Positions 1 through 11,052 of a DNA stretch of 48,025 bases are shown piece after piece. Position 1 is the stretch's first letter. The number at the start of each line of letters is the position of its first letter. The notes under the pieces were generated by a model that worked only from the letters and a program-made list of their open reading frames with translations, was not told the origin of the DNA and made no database searches. This stretch comes from Cirrosporium novae-zelandiae. Taxonomy: Eukaryota. The stretch spans positions 434,001-482,025 of the forward strand of contig JAPETS010000026.1 in NCBI GenBank assembly GCA_026023565.1. The letters are read 5' to 3'. The translations under genes and the position numbers were made by a program.

Positions 1-1260
1 TGAAGAATACTGGTTCCAATAGATGAGGGGTATTCCGGGGTATAAAACTAACATTCTCAAACAGCTCTCTTATTTTTTCAGAATCATTAGCTAATAATTT
101 CCACTAATTGGTATCGGTTACAGTAGTATTAAGTTAGCTTGATATTTTCAAATTAGACACGGCCTGATCTGAGGTTTCTTCCTACTACCTAATTGCTGGG
201 AAGCTGGCGGATCTCCTTTTTCATGTGAGTGGGGGTAACAGTTTCGACTTAAAAACATAAATCGGAGTTGAAACTTTAGGGCAAGGTTGGTTAACAATGG
301 ACATGGCCGATGCCATGGCAATATGGTCCACAAAAATACTTTTGAAGCTGATGGAATAATGGCTGCGAGGATGTTTGATTAGTTAACAAGTTGGCATTCA
401 TCCAGTGTTATCATCACTATTATCATTATCGATGTCAGCCGATTTCACCAGGGTGGCCTTGTCTGCCGAGAACATGACGATTTTATGAGCAATGGGTTTG
501 GGGCTCTAATCATAGGAGAGGAAGGGCTGGAACGGGAGACGAAGGTTGCGGTATTGGTATGCTAATACTCCCTCCTCGATCCATTCTGGAGTAGGTTCTT
601 CAGGTTCGAGATAGTCTTGAGCCTGAAGAACCACTCCAGTGGGTTAGCTTGTGGTGGATATCTACTTCATTAGTTGCGAACATTATAGATTCCACGAATA
701 CTTACAGGCTGCACAGTCCTTCGAGTAACTTTGCATATATACCGTGTCTGGGAACGAATTATTGCCAGCGGCCCTCGGAGGGGGTTTTCAACTATATAAC
801 AGTTAATCGGCTTTTCCGTTTGTTCTAAATATATAATATTATATGTGAGAAGCGGCAATGGAATTCTGTGCATAGGTACAATGTCGAATGTCCAAAACGT
901 CAGTGATGTTCCTAAGGATCAGTAAGCGGAAGTCTTCAGAAGACTATTAGGCACTACAGGAAATGACGTTGGGAATCTTCATCTTGGGTCCCTATAAAGT
1001 GGATTAGTAATATCTTGATAGAAGAAGGTCGAGGGCGATAACACGAAACGAAGGACGGCATAAAGGGCAATGGATGGAATGTTGCAGTTCCACCAGCACC
1101 TCAAGTGCTTCTTGGCCGTCAACAATAGCTAGGAATAAGAATGCCTGTCTTGTTTGCTCAAAGGCTAAAAAGACAGATGATATCGCAAATGCCTAAACCA
1201 GCAGTAGTCACGATATAATATAATGAAGTTTTTGGGAAACATTCTAACAAGTGGAGAGAG
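1..1260 (-). pseudogene. Stop-interrupted gene relic with an intact 44-nt intron; product unknown; may run off the window edge
   Basis: Minus frame 1260->706 reads MFPKNF...TRRTVQP with 4 internal stops (TAG,TAG,TGA,TGA). It is followed by a canonical intron 705->662 (GTAAGT...ACTAAT...TAG). Splicing joins it in phase to a second protein-like frame (PTGVVLQAQDYLEPEEPTPEWIEEGVLAYQYRNLRLPF...) containing further stops. Confidence 0.4.
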
Positions 1261-1658
1261 AATATCAAAGATCTTTAGATTATTTTAACACGTTTTACCT
1301 TCAGTATTCTTTTCTAGGTGAGCTTCCTACTTGGGAGAAAGGGGTAAACATTGTTAACATGTGAAATAGAGAGATCTTAAGAGCTCGCCTAATTCTATCC
1401 CCGAATCTGTCTATTTTCTTTCTCCGATTAGTTCTTGCTAATAGCGTTGATCCAAGATGAAGTTTCGGCATTTTCGTCGAAGCCAAGACAGACAGCAACG
1501 GAGTAGTTCATCTAAAGTATGACATTAGCCATCGAACCACTGGTTAATCGACGTTCGCGAATCCCTCGAGGTGGTAGGAATTACTTGCTTTGTTCTTTGG
1601 AACTCTGAGTCAAGAGGATGTCCATCCAATTGATTCCATCAGATTTAACAGTCAATAT

Positions 1659-2609
1659 TTATTCTCTGGGAAGTCTTCGTCTTGATGGATCATTTGGTAG
1701 TCGAAGGTTAGGGATCGAGGGGCCTGTGACCAAAACCATATCATCGTCGTAAGCAGGCACTCGTCTTGGACCTCCTTCCCACCTCATCCGGAGAATTCCT
1801 GGAAGAGTGCGTAAGAGGGGGACGAGGTCTCTGAGGATGGACTCTAAGTTGTGATATAAAAAGTTTCGTATCCGATAGATAAAGCATTGCTCCACAAGTT
1901 AACATCAAAAAGTCGCCAAAAGCTGATCCTACTATGATCCCACAGAACATAACCCCAATTTCCCATTCCACGGCAGTCGCAGGTGTAGTAAAATGGTTTC
2001 TCCCGACCTTCGCTGGCCCACACCCAAGCAGAGTGTGGTTCGTCTATCTCGTCGCTTTGAAAATGGATTTCCTTCTAGAAGAATAGCTTGCACATATCCA
2101 AGGGTTTGATCGGCGGCGAGCGGATCGATACGACTTTTTGTCATGCATTTCCTACCTAACGAGTAATTAAAAGAAACCCCCAACTGCAAGTATAAATTCT
2201 GGGAATAGGATAAAGCTTGTGAACACCGAGATTCCTGAGACAGGAGCATCTTCGTCAATGCCCAAGGATCATGTGGACAGACGTGAAGAAAATTCGCAAA
2301 GCTGATCTAGAACATCGGACGTTGAAGTAGAATCTCTTGGAGATCGAGGAGATCGAAAGTGGGATTGTCCTGAAGATGTACCCTCCTGGGGTTTGAGGCA
2401 GTATATCAACCAAAGATATGTGCTAGTTTAGGAATGCTAAAAGAAAATTCTCTGTTAAGTGTTACACCATCGAAGCAGTTGTAGATAGTAGATTGAACAA
2501 CCAAATCTAGTTGAATTTTCAATATCATCTCGTTGCTCGTATCAAAAATGACATCTTCATAGTTAAAAGTAATACAGAATGAGTATTCCCATTCATACTC
2601 ACTAACACA
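1659..2609 (-). pseudogene. Stop-interrupted reading frame, product unknown
   Basis: Frame 2609->1932 (226 codons) has only two internal stops (TGA 2406-2408, TAG 2307-2309) and protein-like composition (EYEWEYSFCITFNYEDVIFDTSNEMILKIQLDLVVQ...). ORF 1659-1895 may be a last exon. No family recognised. Confidence 0.3.
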
Positions 2610-3566
2610 CTATATCGGGTTTCGTAGGTGTGTATAATATACCGCTTCACAGCACGAAACATGCTAACAAGGCGGACGAACGGGGAGATAACACGAGTGA
2701 AATGGTTAAACGAACCAAGGTTGTTCAAGGTGATTCCCAATATCCAAACCGACTTGAGACCAATATATTCCATGGTCGGCCCTAACAACTTAATTTTTAA
2801 ACTTGAGTACTTTTGAAGTAGACAGCAACGATAGTAAGAGAGGTTATGAAATACAGTTAACTTGATTGGATTATAACAAGATGTTTTTCGTAGAAGACAT
2901 GTATATATTATAAAAATTTGGAAGAGTTGAGAGACTAGGAGCGGATACTTTCTTCTGGGAGTCGATACCTAAGAGCGCATTGCCTGGGGATCATAATTTC
3001 ATAAAAGGGTCAAGTGAATGCGCACCAGTTTCTACCCGTTATGGACCAAACTTGGAGTTGTTCGATCAAACATGGATGTTTCAATCTTCTGATCTCGGGA
3101 ACGCCGACTATTTGTCTGCTTCAGTTTGACGAGGTGAGGTAATGATGATCGTTCCCTACCATCTAACAAGGCCTTCTATCAGTATCTCCCATGAATTAAC
3201 AGCTTTTGCTGCCATCTCCTTTAAGTTGGCTTTCGTCCTTCTCACCACTTTGCATTTCAAATAGCAAATTGTGGAGTTGAACACCTCGGAAAGCTCGTGC
3301 AAAGTGTCTATCGCGTGTATATATAAACCAGGGGATAACCATTTCAATTTTCTCTGATCAACCGGCTTTTGATCTTGACCTATAGTAGCTTGTACCTACC
3401 ACAGTTCGAGGCCTTAGAGATCGGAGCCCGCACAAAGAGAATGGGGATATAATAATGACTGTTATAATAGACTGAATACACCAATTATATGCTAGAAGTT
3501 GTTTGTGCGAAGAATGTCACCAATGCCCGTGCTCCATGATCTGGAACGGCACGGACTACTTGACGT

Positions 3567-3674
3567 ACCAAACATGACCCAAACATCAAACACGGTTCAA
3601 ATACTAGGCGTGGTCCAAATACCAAGCGGAGTTCAGACATCAAACATGGTTCAAGCATTAAACATCATACTTGG
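3567..3674. repeat. Degenerate 18-bp tandem repeat, about 6 units
   Basis: Units ACCAAACATGACCCAAAC / ATCAAACACGGTTCAAAT / ACTAGGCGTGGTCCAAAT / ACCAAGCGGAGTTCAGAC / ATCAAACATGGTTCAAGC / ATTAAACATCATACTTGG; the plus strand encodes xxxVQx hexapeptides. Confidence 0.75.
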
Positions 3675-4982
3675 CAGTCGTCACATAACCTGAGGGGTAA
3701 TGATGAGACAGAAACATGGACATAGCGGCAGGTGTCTTTTTTTTTTTTCATTCATCAGTACAAGGAAGATCTTGTAACGAGAGCACATAGCAATCGGGTT
3801 TCGGAGAGAATAGAAAACATCTTCAAATGACTACAGTCGTAGCAACACCGAACAAGGAATTCCAGAGAAGTTGTAAAGGTATGAAAATGAAAGTTTCTCA
3901 ATGTGGGGATCGGCCCTCTTTTCTGTCCTTCAGGCGGTGTGTCCAAGACCCTCAACCCATTCACTTATTCGCGTATATCTCCTACTTACCACGATGGGAT
4001 CGAGCTAATTGCCTTGCGGTCTGGGCTTTGGGGAGTAGTGAAGCGTGCAAATGCATAGGTAAACCCAAGTGAATGGTTGCAACTAAATTTCCATCGGAGA
4101 CTTTTCGATGAGGAGTCGAGGCACATGGCTAGCTTGGTTCAAGTAGAGAGAGACAAACAGTAGCATTAATTTACACATTAATTTACTCTTCACTCAAAGC
4201 CTTGACGTATGTACTCTTTGTGACATGATGAATACACTTCGTCAGCCTCCTTTCCTGACCACCTCACCTAGCTCCTCGGAAACTCGCTAATCCGCAAACT
4301 ATTGACTTCCACTCAATTGACTCCCAACCACCCAAAGGCCCACTCCGAATAATACCCTTTCCTCTTCATCAGGAACAATTAGAAGGTTTACGAAAGTGCG
4401 GTAGAGATTGACCTGAAGGAAAACTCGTGTGCTGATTACTTTGGGATCTGCGGTCAGTGCAGGATGGGGTGGTGAATACGTAATTGACAAATGAGCGAAT
4501 GACTACGTAAGAGAAGAAGTTTGTGAATTTAGGGAGAAAATGTCCGAAACCTTTCCTAGGAGATTTGGACAGGAAATGGGCAATGGGCTTGTATCAATGT
4601 CAATCGACACCTTAGTTCCCAGCAATTGTTTTGCCTGCCGTAGTCTACACCAGAAATTTACAAATGATTCATGAATTGCGAGAAGGCAAAGAAGTAGTAT
4701 TGAACAAAGCTAACTGATCCATGTGTTACCAAACCCCAGGCAGACCAAACAATAGACCTTTTCGTTCCATCGCCCATTGATCGTTAAATTTCCATCTAGC
4801 CATGCTCATGAGATTTCACAGTTCAGTCCGCAAATAACCCAATGCTCCTCCACCACACCTCTCTTTATAAAGTAGTAACCCAGTAACCAGAATGCTTGCT
4901 ATCCGAAAAAAATACAGTCTTGACCAAGGCATTTTATGAATTTTGGGGCAACGTGGTAACACAGAATGTGGAAACTGGTTAT

Positions 4983-5030
4983 CCTCCAGAAGAACAATGA
5001 GGATATATTATTAGGTTGCTCTTCTGGAGG
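4983..5030 (-). other. 15-bp stem-loop in the hex-1 3' UTR
   Basis: CCTCCAGAAGAACAA (4983-4997) and TTGCTCTTCTGGAGG (5016-5030) form an inverted repeat with an 18-nt loop. The single mismatch becomes a G-U pair on the minus (hex-1 sense) strand. Confidence 0.6.
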
Positions 5031-5160
5031 GAGATGATCCGGCAGATATTGGAAGGACCGGATTGGACACAATCAGCTTTTTTGATGCAGGAGATGACTA
5101 TATCACATTAGTTCTATGATCGAAGACCAAATAGCAAACCGACATACCATTAAGATGCAT

Positions 5161-5793
5161 TTAGAGTCTTGAACCATGAATAACCTTGTAGTCGACGGCC
5201 AATTCACGACCACCATCATTAATGACCAACACACGAACGCTGCCACGGCCATTGGCAAAGGATTCGTTCAGCTTGCCCCAGAGACCACCCTGGTCAATGA
5301 TTGGAAGACCTTGCTTGACATCACCAGACTCGGTCATGGCAACAACACGTCCATCGTCACGGATGTCGAGAACACGGTATTGCTTGAAGACAGGACCAAG
5401 CATGCTTTGTACAACAACCGAGGGAGATGGGTTGGAGACGAAGCTGGATTCTTCATGGAGTTGCTTGGTGAAGAGGTCGACACCGAGATAACGATGTTGA
5501 CCGGTTTGAGCAGAGGTGGAGATGCGGATGACTTGGCAAGGACGACCTTGAAGGATCAAGATGTCACCAATGCGGATGAAGTGGCATGGGATGGTGATGG
5601 TGTTGGGAGGACCAGGACGTTCGACTAGACGAACACTCTCGGCCTTTCCTTCACGGATACGGGAAGGACCACGGCCCTCGTCCTCGTAGACAACGTCTTC
5701 TTTGGGATGGAATGGATGCATGCTGCGGTCGGCGGTGCGTTCAACACCACGGCGAAAACTATGATAATGTCCTTCGTCGTCGTAATAACCCAT
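5161..5793 (-). CDS. hex-1: Woronin body major protein HEX-1/HexA, short isoform (210 aa)
   Basis: Starts MGYYDDEGHYHSFRRG (ATG 5793). eIF5A-like core (IPCHFIRIGDILILQGRPCQVIRISTS...GVDLFTKQLHEESSF). C-terminal peroxisomal PTS1 -SRL; TAA at 5161-5163. Confidence 0.98.
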   Translation of the reverse strand: MGYYDDEGHYHSFRRGVERTADRSMHPFHPKEDVVYEDEGRGPSRIREGKAESVRLVERPGPPNTITIPCHFIRIGDILILQGRPCQVIRISTSAQTGQHRYLGVDLFTKQLHEESSFVSNPSPSVVVQSMLGPVFKQYRVLDIRDDGRVVAMTESGDVKQGLPIIDQGGLWGKLNESFANGRGSVRVLVINDGGRELAVDYKVIHGSRL

Positions 5794-7122
5794 ACGCACC
5801 GTGGGCTTCTCTTCTACGTCGTAGATAGCCTTGGTCTTAGATTTGACCTTGACTTCTCGAGGATGGGCAGAACGACGATCGGTTTCGATGTCGAAGTGTG
5901 ACCTTCCTGAGTGGGAGGATATATCAAATTCCTCTCGAGGCTGATGTCGACTGCTAACTGTGCTAGTGCGGTCTACCTCAACGTCGTACGCTTCGGGATG
6001 ATGCTTGTGACTATGAGATGAGACAGACGACTTGGGATAAGTGATTTGACGGTCTACCTCGACTTCGTAGGTGGAGTGAGGTCTGTGGGAGGTGTGGGAG
6101 GAGACGGATGATTGGGGATAGGTGATTTGACGATCTACTTCGATGTCGTAAGTTGAGTGAGGCTTGTGGGACGAGTGAGATGAGACAGTAGATCGAGGGT
6201 AGGAAGCTTGGTGGTCGACCTCTAGATCGTAGGTAGCTGAGTGAGCGTGAGACGGGGGAGGTGGTGGGTAAGTAGTCTCGCGGTCGATTTCAATATCGTA
6301 ACTAGGAGACGAACGACGACGATATTCACGTTCAGTGATGTCGATGTTGCTCTCTCTGTCGTAGTGGGTATCCCTCTTTCGATGATCGACGTCGATGTCA
6401 ACGTCTAGGTGTGATGACTCTCGGATGCGACGGTTGGGATCTTGGTATTGGTAGCTGAGAGGGAGGAGTTGTCAGTAAAATGTAGAGCAACAATTGGGAC
6501 AGAAGAACTGGGGGACAGGAGTCCACGTAAACAAAAATAATTTATGGCTGACACAGACTTTGCTGAAACGGGACCAAGTGCCGAATCTTCAGACCACAAC
6601 TAAACAGGGGGGGAGCCAAGAACTGGAGGTGTGGTTCGGTGTGCTTTTCTCAGGGCAAAATTCAGGGCAAACTCACCGCTCTCGTGAAAGCTCGACCTCT
6701 GGAAAACGGTTCTCTCGGTACCTGTCCTCTTCTTCGAAAACTTCAATCTCCTCTCGTCGATGGGGCCTATGTTCGTGTTGTCGTTCGCGCTCTTCGATGA
6801 AGACTTCTGATTTCTCGTAGTGCGATGACTTGGGAGACTTGGGAGGTTTAAGTAGAGCTTGCGGTGGCGAGGCAGAAACCGATTCGAATCGAGTATCTTC
6901 CCGTTCGACGCGCGAAGTTCGGGGTAAATTGACCTCTCCCTCTACTCTTGTATGAGTAGTCTCAGAGACAGCGTCGCTCCGGTACGACGACGGGAAGACA
7001 CTGATCGGGATGGGGACTCTGGCGTCAAAGTCCAGATTGACGACCTGGAGGGTGTTCTCTCTCGAATGCCTTTCGAAAAGTTCAGAAAACTGTTCGAAAG
7101 GAAGACAAGAGTGAACTGTCTT
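5161..7122 (-). CDS. hex-1: HEX-1 long isoform: exons ~7122..6677 and 6454..5161; true start codon unresolved
   Basis: The frame is open from 6454 into the short CDS. Phase-2 intron 6676->6455 (GTGAGT...ACTGAC...CAG) joins PEVELSRER|YQYQD. The upstream exon encodes NLDFDARVPIPISVFPSSYRSDAVSETTHTRVEGEVNL, matching the recalled N-terminus of long HexA isoforms of Aspergillus. No ATG in frame before the TGA at 7189-7191. Confidence 0.85.
5960..6300 (-). repeat. Coding tandem repeat (81-bp / 27-aa period) in the HEX-1 long extension
   Basis: Y[DE][ILV]E[IV]D[RH] motif starts at 6300, 6231, 6150, 6069 and 5988 (spacing 69, 81, 81, 81); typical unit TYDIEVDRQITYPQSSVSSHTSHRPHS. Confidence 0.9.
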
Positions 7123-7234
7123 CTGGGGAGGGGGTTTATGAGTTAGGTAAGGGAAGTTGAGGAGTAAGGTGAGTTGACGAGATGATTGTCAGCGTCACGC
7201 TTGCCGATCTCGAGCTTCCGAATGGAGGGATCAC

Positions 7235-7258
7235 GGGGGGGAGGGAGGGGGGGAGGGG
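7235..7258 (+). other. G-rich tract with G-quadruplex potential upstream of the hex-1 coding exons
   Basis: GGGGGGGAGGGAGGGGGGGAGGGG: four G-runs with 1-nt loops, on the template strand of hex-1. Confidence 0.4.
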
Positions 7259-9099
7259 CAATGGTGATAATATTTGACAATGGTTTTTGTGATGGGCAAC
7301 TTAATACATCGAGGATGATTGGAGTGTGGGATTAAACGCGAACAAATTTGGATGAAATTTGTTTGGCGAGGAATTCGAGAAAGATTTTTTTTTTCTCAGG
7401 ATGGGCAAAGGATGAGGAGATGGGAGGAAGTTACGGGGGGAGATTGAATTGACTTGTTATGGGCTGGGAAGGTTGGGGGTTTGTTTACGAATGAAGCCCG
7501 AAATTGAACTAAAGGCATTTTACAGCTTTTTAACAGGTTTTTACAGGGGGGTATTGATTGATATTTTCTTTTTTAGCGTTGTCCAGCTTCCCTGGTTCAG
7601 AGAAGCAGAAGAAGCAGAAGAAGCAGCAGAGGAAGCGAAACTGTAGGGTAGGGTTTGATACGTACGCATGGTCGGGTTAGAAAATGAGTGAGAGGAGGGG
7701 GAGGGGGATTGGGGGGGGTAGCTGTAGGGGAAGCTGGAGGTAAGGTCTTGGTAGGTCTGAGGTCTGGCAAGCTGGCTGGCAAGAGCTGGTCAAGCTGTGG
7801 TAGGTTGATTAGCTGTAGGTTGATAGCTGTAGCTGTATGGAAATGCACATGTCAAGCCACACAAAACCAGTCAAAATGTTGAACGTCTTTTTTTCTAATT
7901 ACTGCATCCTAACGGGGTGTTCCGTATCAAAATGACAGATTTCCAGATATGTTATCTGTAGGACTGAAAGGTCTAAGGTCTAAGCCAGATCATGTGGAGA
8001 GGTTGGTTTAGACATTTTACTTGATAGACATTTAGGCATTTAGGCATTCGGCAATCATCTCCCTTAACTACCACTTTTTTATTAATTAATAATGAATAAT
8101 TAATAATTACTCACTAAAATAATTCATGTTATTATTTTATTTTATTTCCTACTATTATGATTATTATTAACAATTGACCATTATGAATGAGCTGGCCTGA
8201 TTGTGATGACGATGGAACAACAACTCACCGAAAAAAAAGCCTTCCTGAGATCCGAGAGGAAAGGTAGAGGAAGTACCACAGTAATGCCTGTTGCACATCG
8301 GAGGCTTTTTTCGTCGTACATCGTAGACCACCATGGACCACCGATAGCTTCAATCGCTTATGAGTCGATGCGCGAAATCCCCACTGTTCCCCCCGATCCC
8401 CCAGCCAACCTCGCCTCACCAAATTTCGTGGTCCTGATCCATTGGCCTTTGATTCACTGTCTTGATGCATCTTTTTGAAACCTTTCTTTTTCCGAATAGA
8501 TAGATCCAAGTTAATCAAAAAAAACGCCACCTTCTCTCAGCTCAGTCCTGTCAGTCTATTCCGTAGTGTGTCACTTGTGCATCTTCCGTTCCCCACCCAC
8601 GAGCAAGAATATCCCGCAAATCCGCGAATCCACACTGATAGCGGGAATTGGAAGGAGCAAGCGGAATCAATCGATTGGGTTCTATTGGGCTGATCAATAG
8701 CCCGAGTGGCTGGGCTGAATTCTAGAAATTAGGCGGCTGGGAGGTTTTTTCTTTCTTTTTCTTTCTTTTTCTTTGTCTTTTTCCCTTTTTCATTTAAGTT
8801 AAATTGTGATGATGATTCTGATTGGAGAGTTGGTGAAATCAAGCAAACTGTTGTTGAGGGAACAGAGTTGTGCTCAGACAGTCAGGCATGACAAAGTTAT
8901 TTTGCCCAGAGTCTAGTTTCAGTCAGAAGCGGAGAAATGGTTGATCTTGCCAAGCCCACAATGCGAACCTGTTCGGTTCTTTACCCAATTTGGTTTATTT
9001 ACCTCATACAGGAGTCGTTATCAACCAACCGTGCCAATGTAAATCTAAATATTCTCAACACCCCAACACCCCCCCCAAGGACCTCCCCCCTTCGACCTC

Positions 9100-9789
9100 C
9101 TAACGGTCCCCCCCTCCCCCCCCCAAAGTCCTAGAAGTTCCAAAAGTCCCAGCTTTAAATCCACTCGTCCCAAAAAAACCCACACAAATCCACTTTTGTC
9201 CAAGGGAGCACGAGATGTCTTGTGCATTGATCCACTTGATTTCATCTGATCTGTGAACGCTGCGTCCCCAAATTCTCCTAGCTCTCATAGCTTTCCTAAG
9301 CTCTCCTAGCTCTCCTAGCTCTGACCTCCTAGCGCTCTTGGGTAATAGCTCATGGCAACACGAGCTTGGATTCCGCATTAACCTCAATAGTTCAAGTAGC
9401 TAAGAGTAACCTTTATACCTTTCAAGCTCAGCCTTTGTCATTTGTAGCATGTAGATATCTCCCAAGTCAGCCAAGACCTGCATTAATTTTACATCCGCTG
9501 TTGCCATAAACCATAATATCACATACAGAAATACCCTTTCGGTCCATTCGGCCTCCTTATCTAATAGTCTCACCTCCTATGTAAAGATTCCATCCTCGAT
9601 CCATGGTTGTTTCAGCTCCCATCCAGTTAGGTCCTCGAGCTCTCTGCCACATTTCTTTGCCACAATCTTACGCCTAAAGTTTGTGGAGTGAGAAATCCAA
9701 CTGCGATTCGGATCCAACCAGGCCAACAAAAAGTAATTGAAAGATATAAACATCAATGATAGCTGGATAACAGCCCAAAATTGGAGTTG
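9100..9789 (-). pseudogene. 230-codon frame interrupted only by two TAG codons
   Basis: Reads ...MFISFNYFLLAWLDPNRSW...PWIEDGIFT*EVRLLDKEAEWTERVFLYVILWFMATADVKLMQVLADLGDIYMLQMTKAELERYKGYS*LLELLRLMRNP...; TAG at 9577-9579 and 9400-9402; ATG at 9753. Confidence 0.35.
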
Positions 9790-11052
9790 TTAAAAGTTGA
9801 AGCCTTGACATCAACGGTAAATGCAACCAAAAAAACTACCAAGGTGCGTTCAATTCCAAAACTCTAGCTCTTTTTATTCAATCCTGCATTCGTCCAATAC
9901 CAAGCAGCATTAATTATCGGCCCTTCATCCAAATATTATTAGACCGATTTTAGTTGGACAATGCAATGTGAAGATCACTTTCACTAAGAGAAGTTTGATG
10001 TTAAAAGCGTACAGTAGTAGTTTGGCAAAAACAGGTTCTACATGCTTGGTTGTTCTCCACAGGTCTCACAATAGTCTTATGCAAAAAATCACTTGTTAGT
10101 TCAAAGATAACCACCTTCAACTGGGACCTAACAAGCACATTATGTCCAATGAATTGTATTCATGTGAAATCATTCGAGTTCGTCTTTTTCTTTTTTTATA
10201 TCATTCCATAAATGTACACCTTGGGACGAATGCAGACACAGAAAGAGGATTTAATCCCTGAACTTCTGTTACCGCATTGCCAAGACTCGATGTTATTTGG
10301 TGAAATGGTTAATGCCTGAGGCTTCCGGAATCAACAACCGAGCCTACCAAAACCCCAGTTGGGACCTCTGTTGGCGGTAGCCATGTGGCGATAATTTAGG
10401 TGATAGGAGGACTGCTTCAAAATGGAGTGAATCGTTCTTCTAAAAAGTCATATGAAGGAGAAAAAAGAAATGATTCAGATGGACTCTAAAAGAACGGTAT
10501 CTTATGAAAATCACCTAAAAGAGACGTTTTCCTCTCAGCGGGTAACTGAGGTGCTCAAGGTCGGATTCAAACCGATATCTTCATAGTTAATGGCTTGGAC
10601 ATTTGTCTAGAGGGTATCGCCTCCACTAGCTGTGACATTTGAGCTCGTTGAATCACTTGGGCTAGAAGTATCAACGCTATGCTTATTTAAAGGAGCATTG
10701 GGTTCTATCACAAAATTTGTTCTACTCCAACATGTAGATCAGTGACTGTGCATAAGTCAGTCAGGGGTGGTCAGGAAATATAGGACTGAATAGCTCAATA
10801 TCTTGGATGACTATTTCTGGACCCCTTTCGAGGGAGACAAGTTCGATCAAAACAATAGCACCAACTACATTCTCTACAATCTCTATAATCTACTCCGGTC
10901 CGTTTTACAGTTTCTATAAAGCTCCAGCACTGAACCACACCATACCAGATGATAGTTTAAATCCTTGGTTGAGCTGTGCATGGGCTGATAATAGTTCGCA
11001 TGTTCGATGATGCATTTGCTGTCGTGCACCCGCGCAGAATTAAACGAATGCA

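Noticed and set aside
5176..5901. Plus-strand ORFs 5176-5628, 5222-5491 and 5707-5901
   Set aside because: Antisense shadows of the codon-biased hex-1 CDS.
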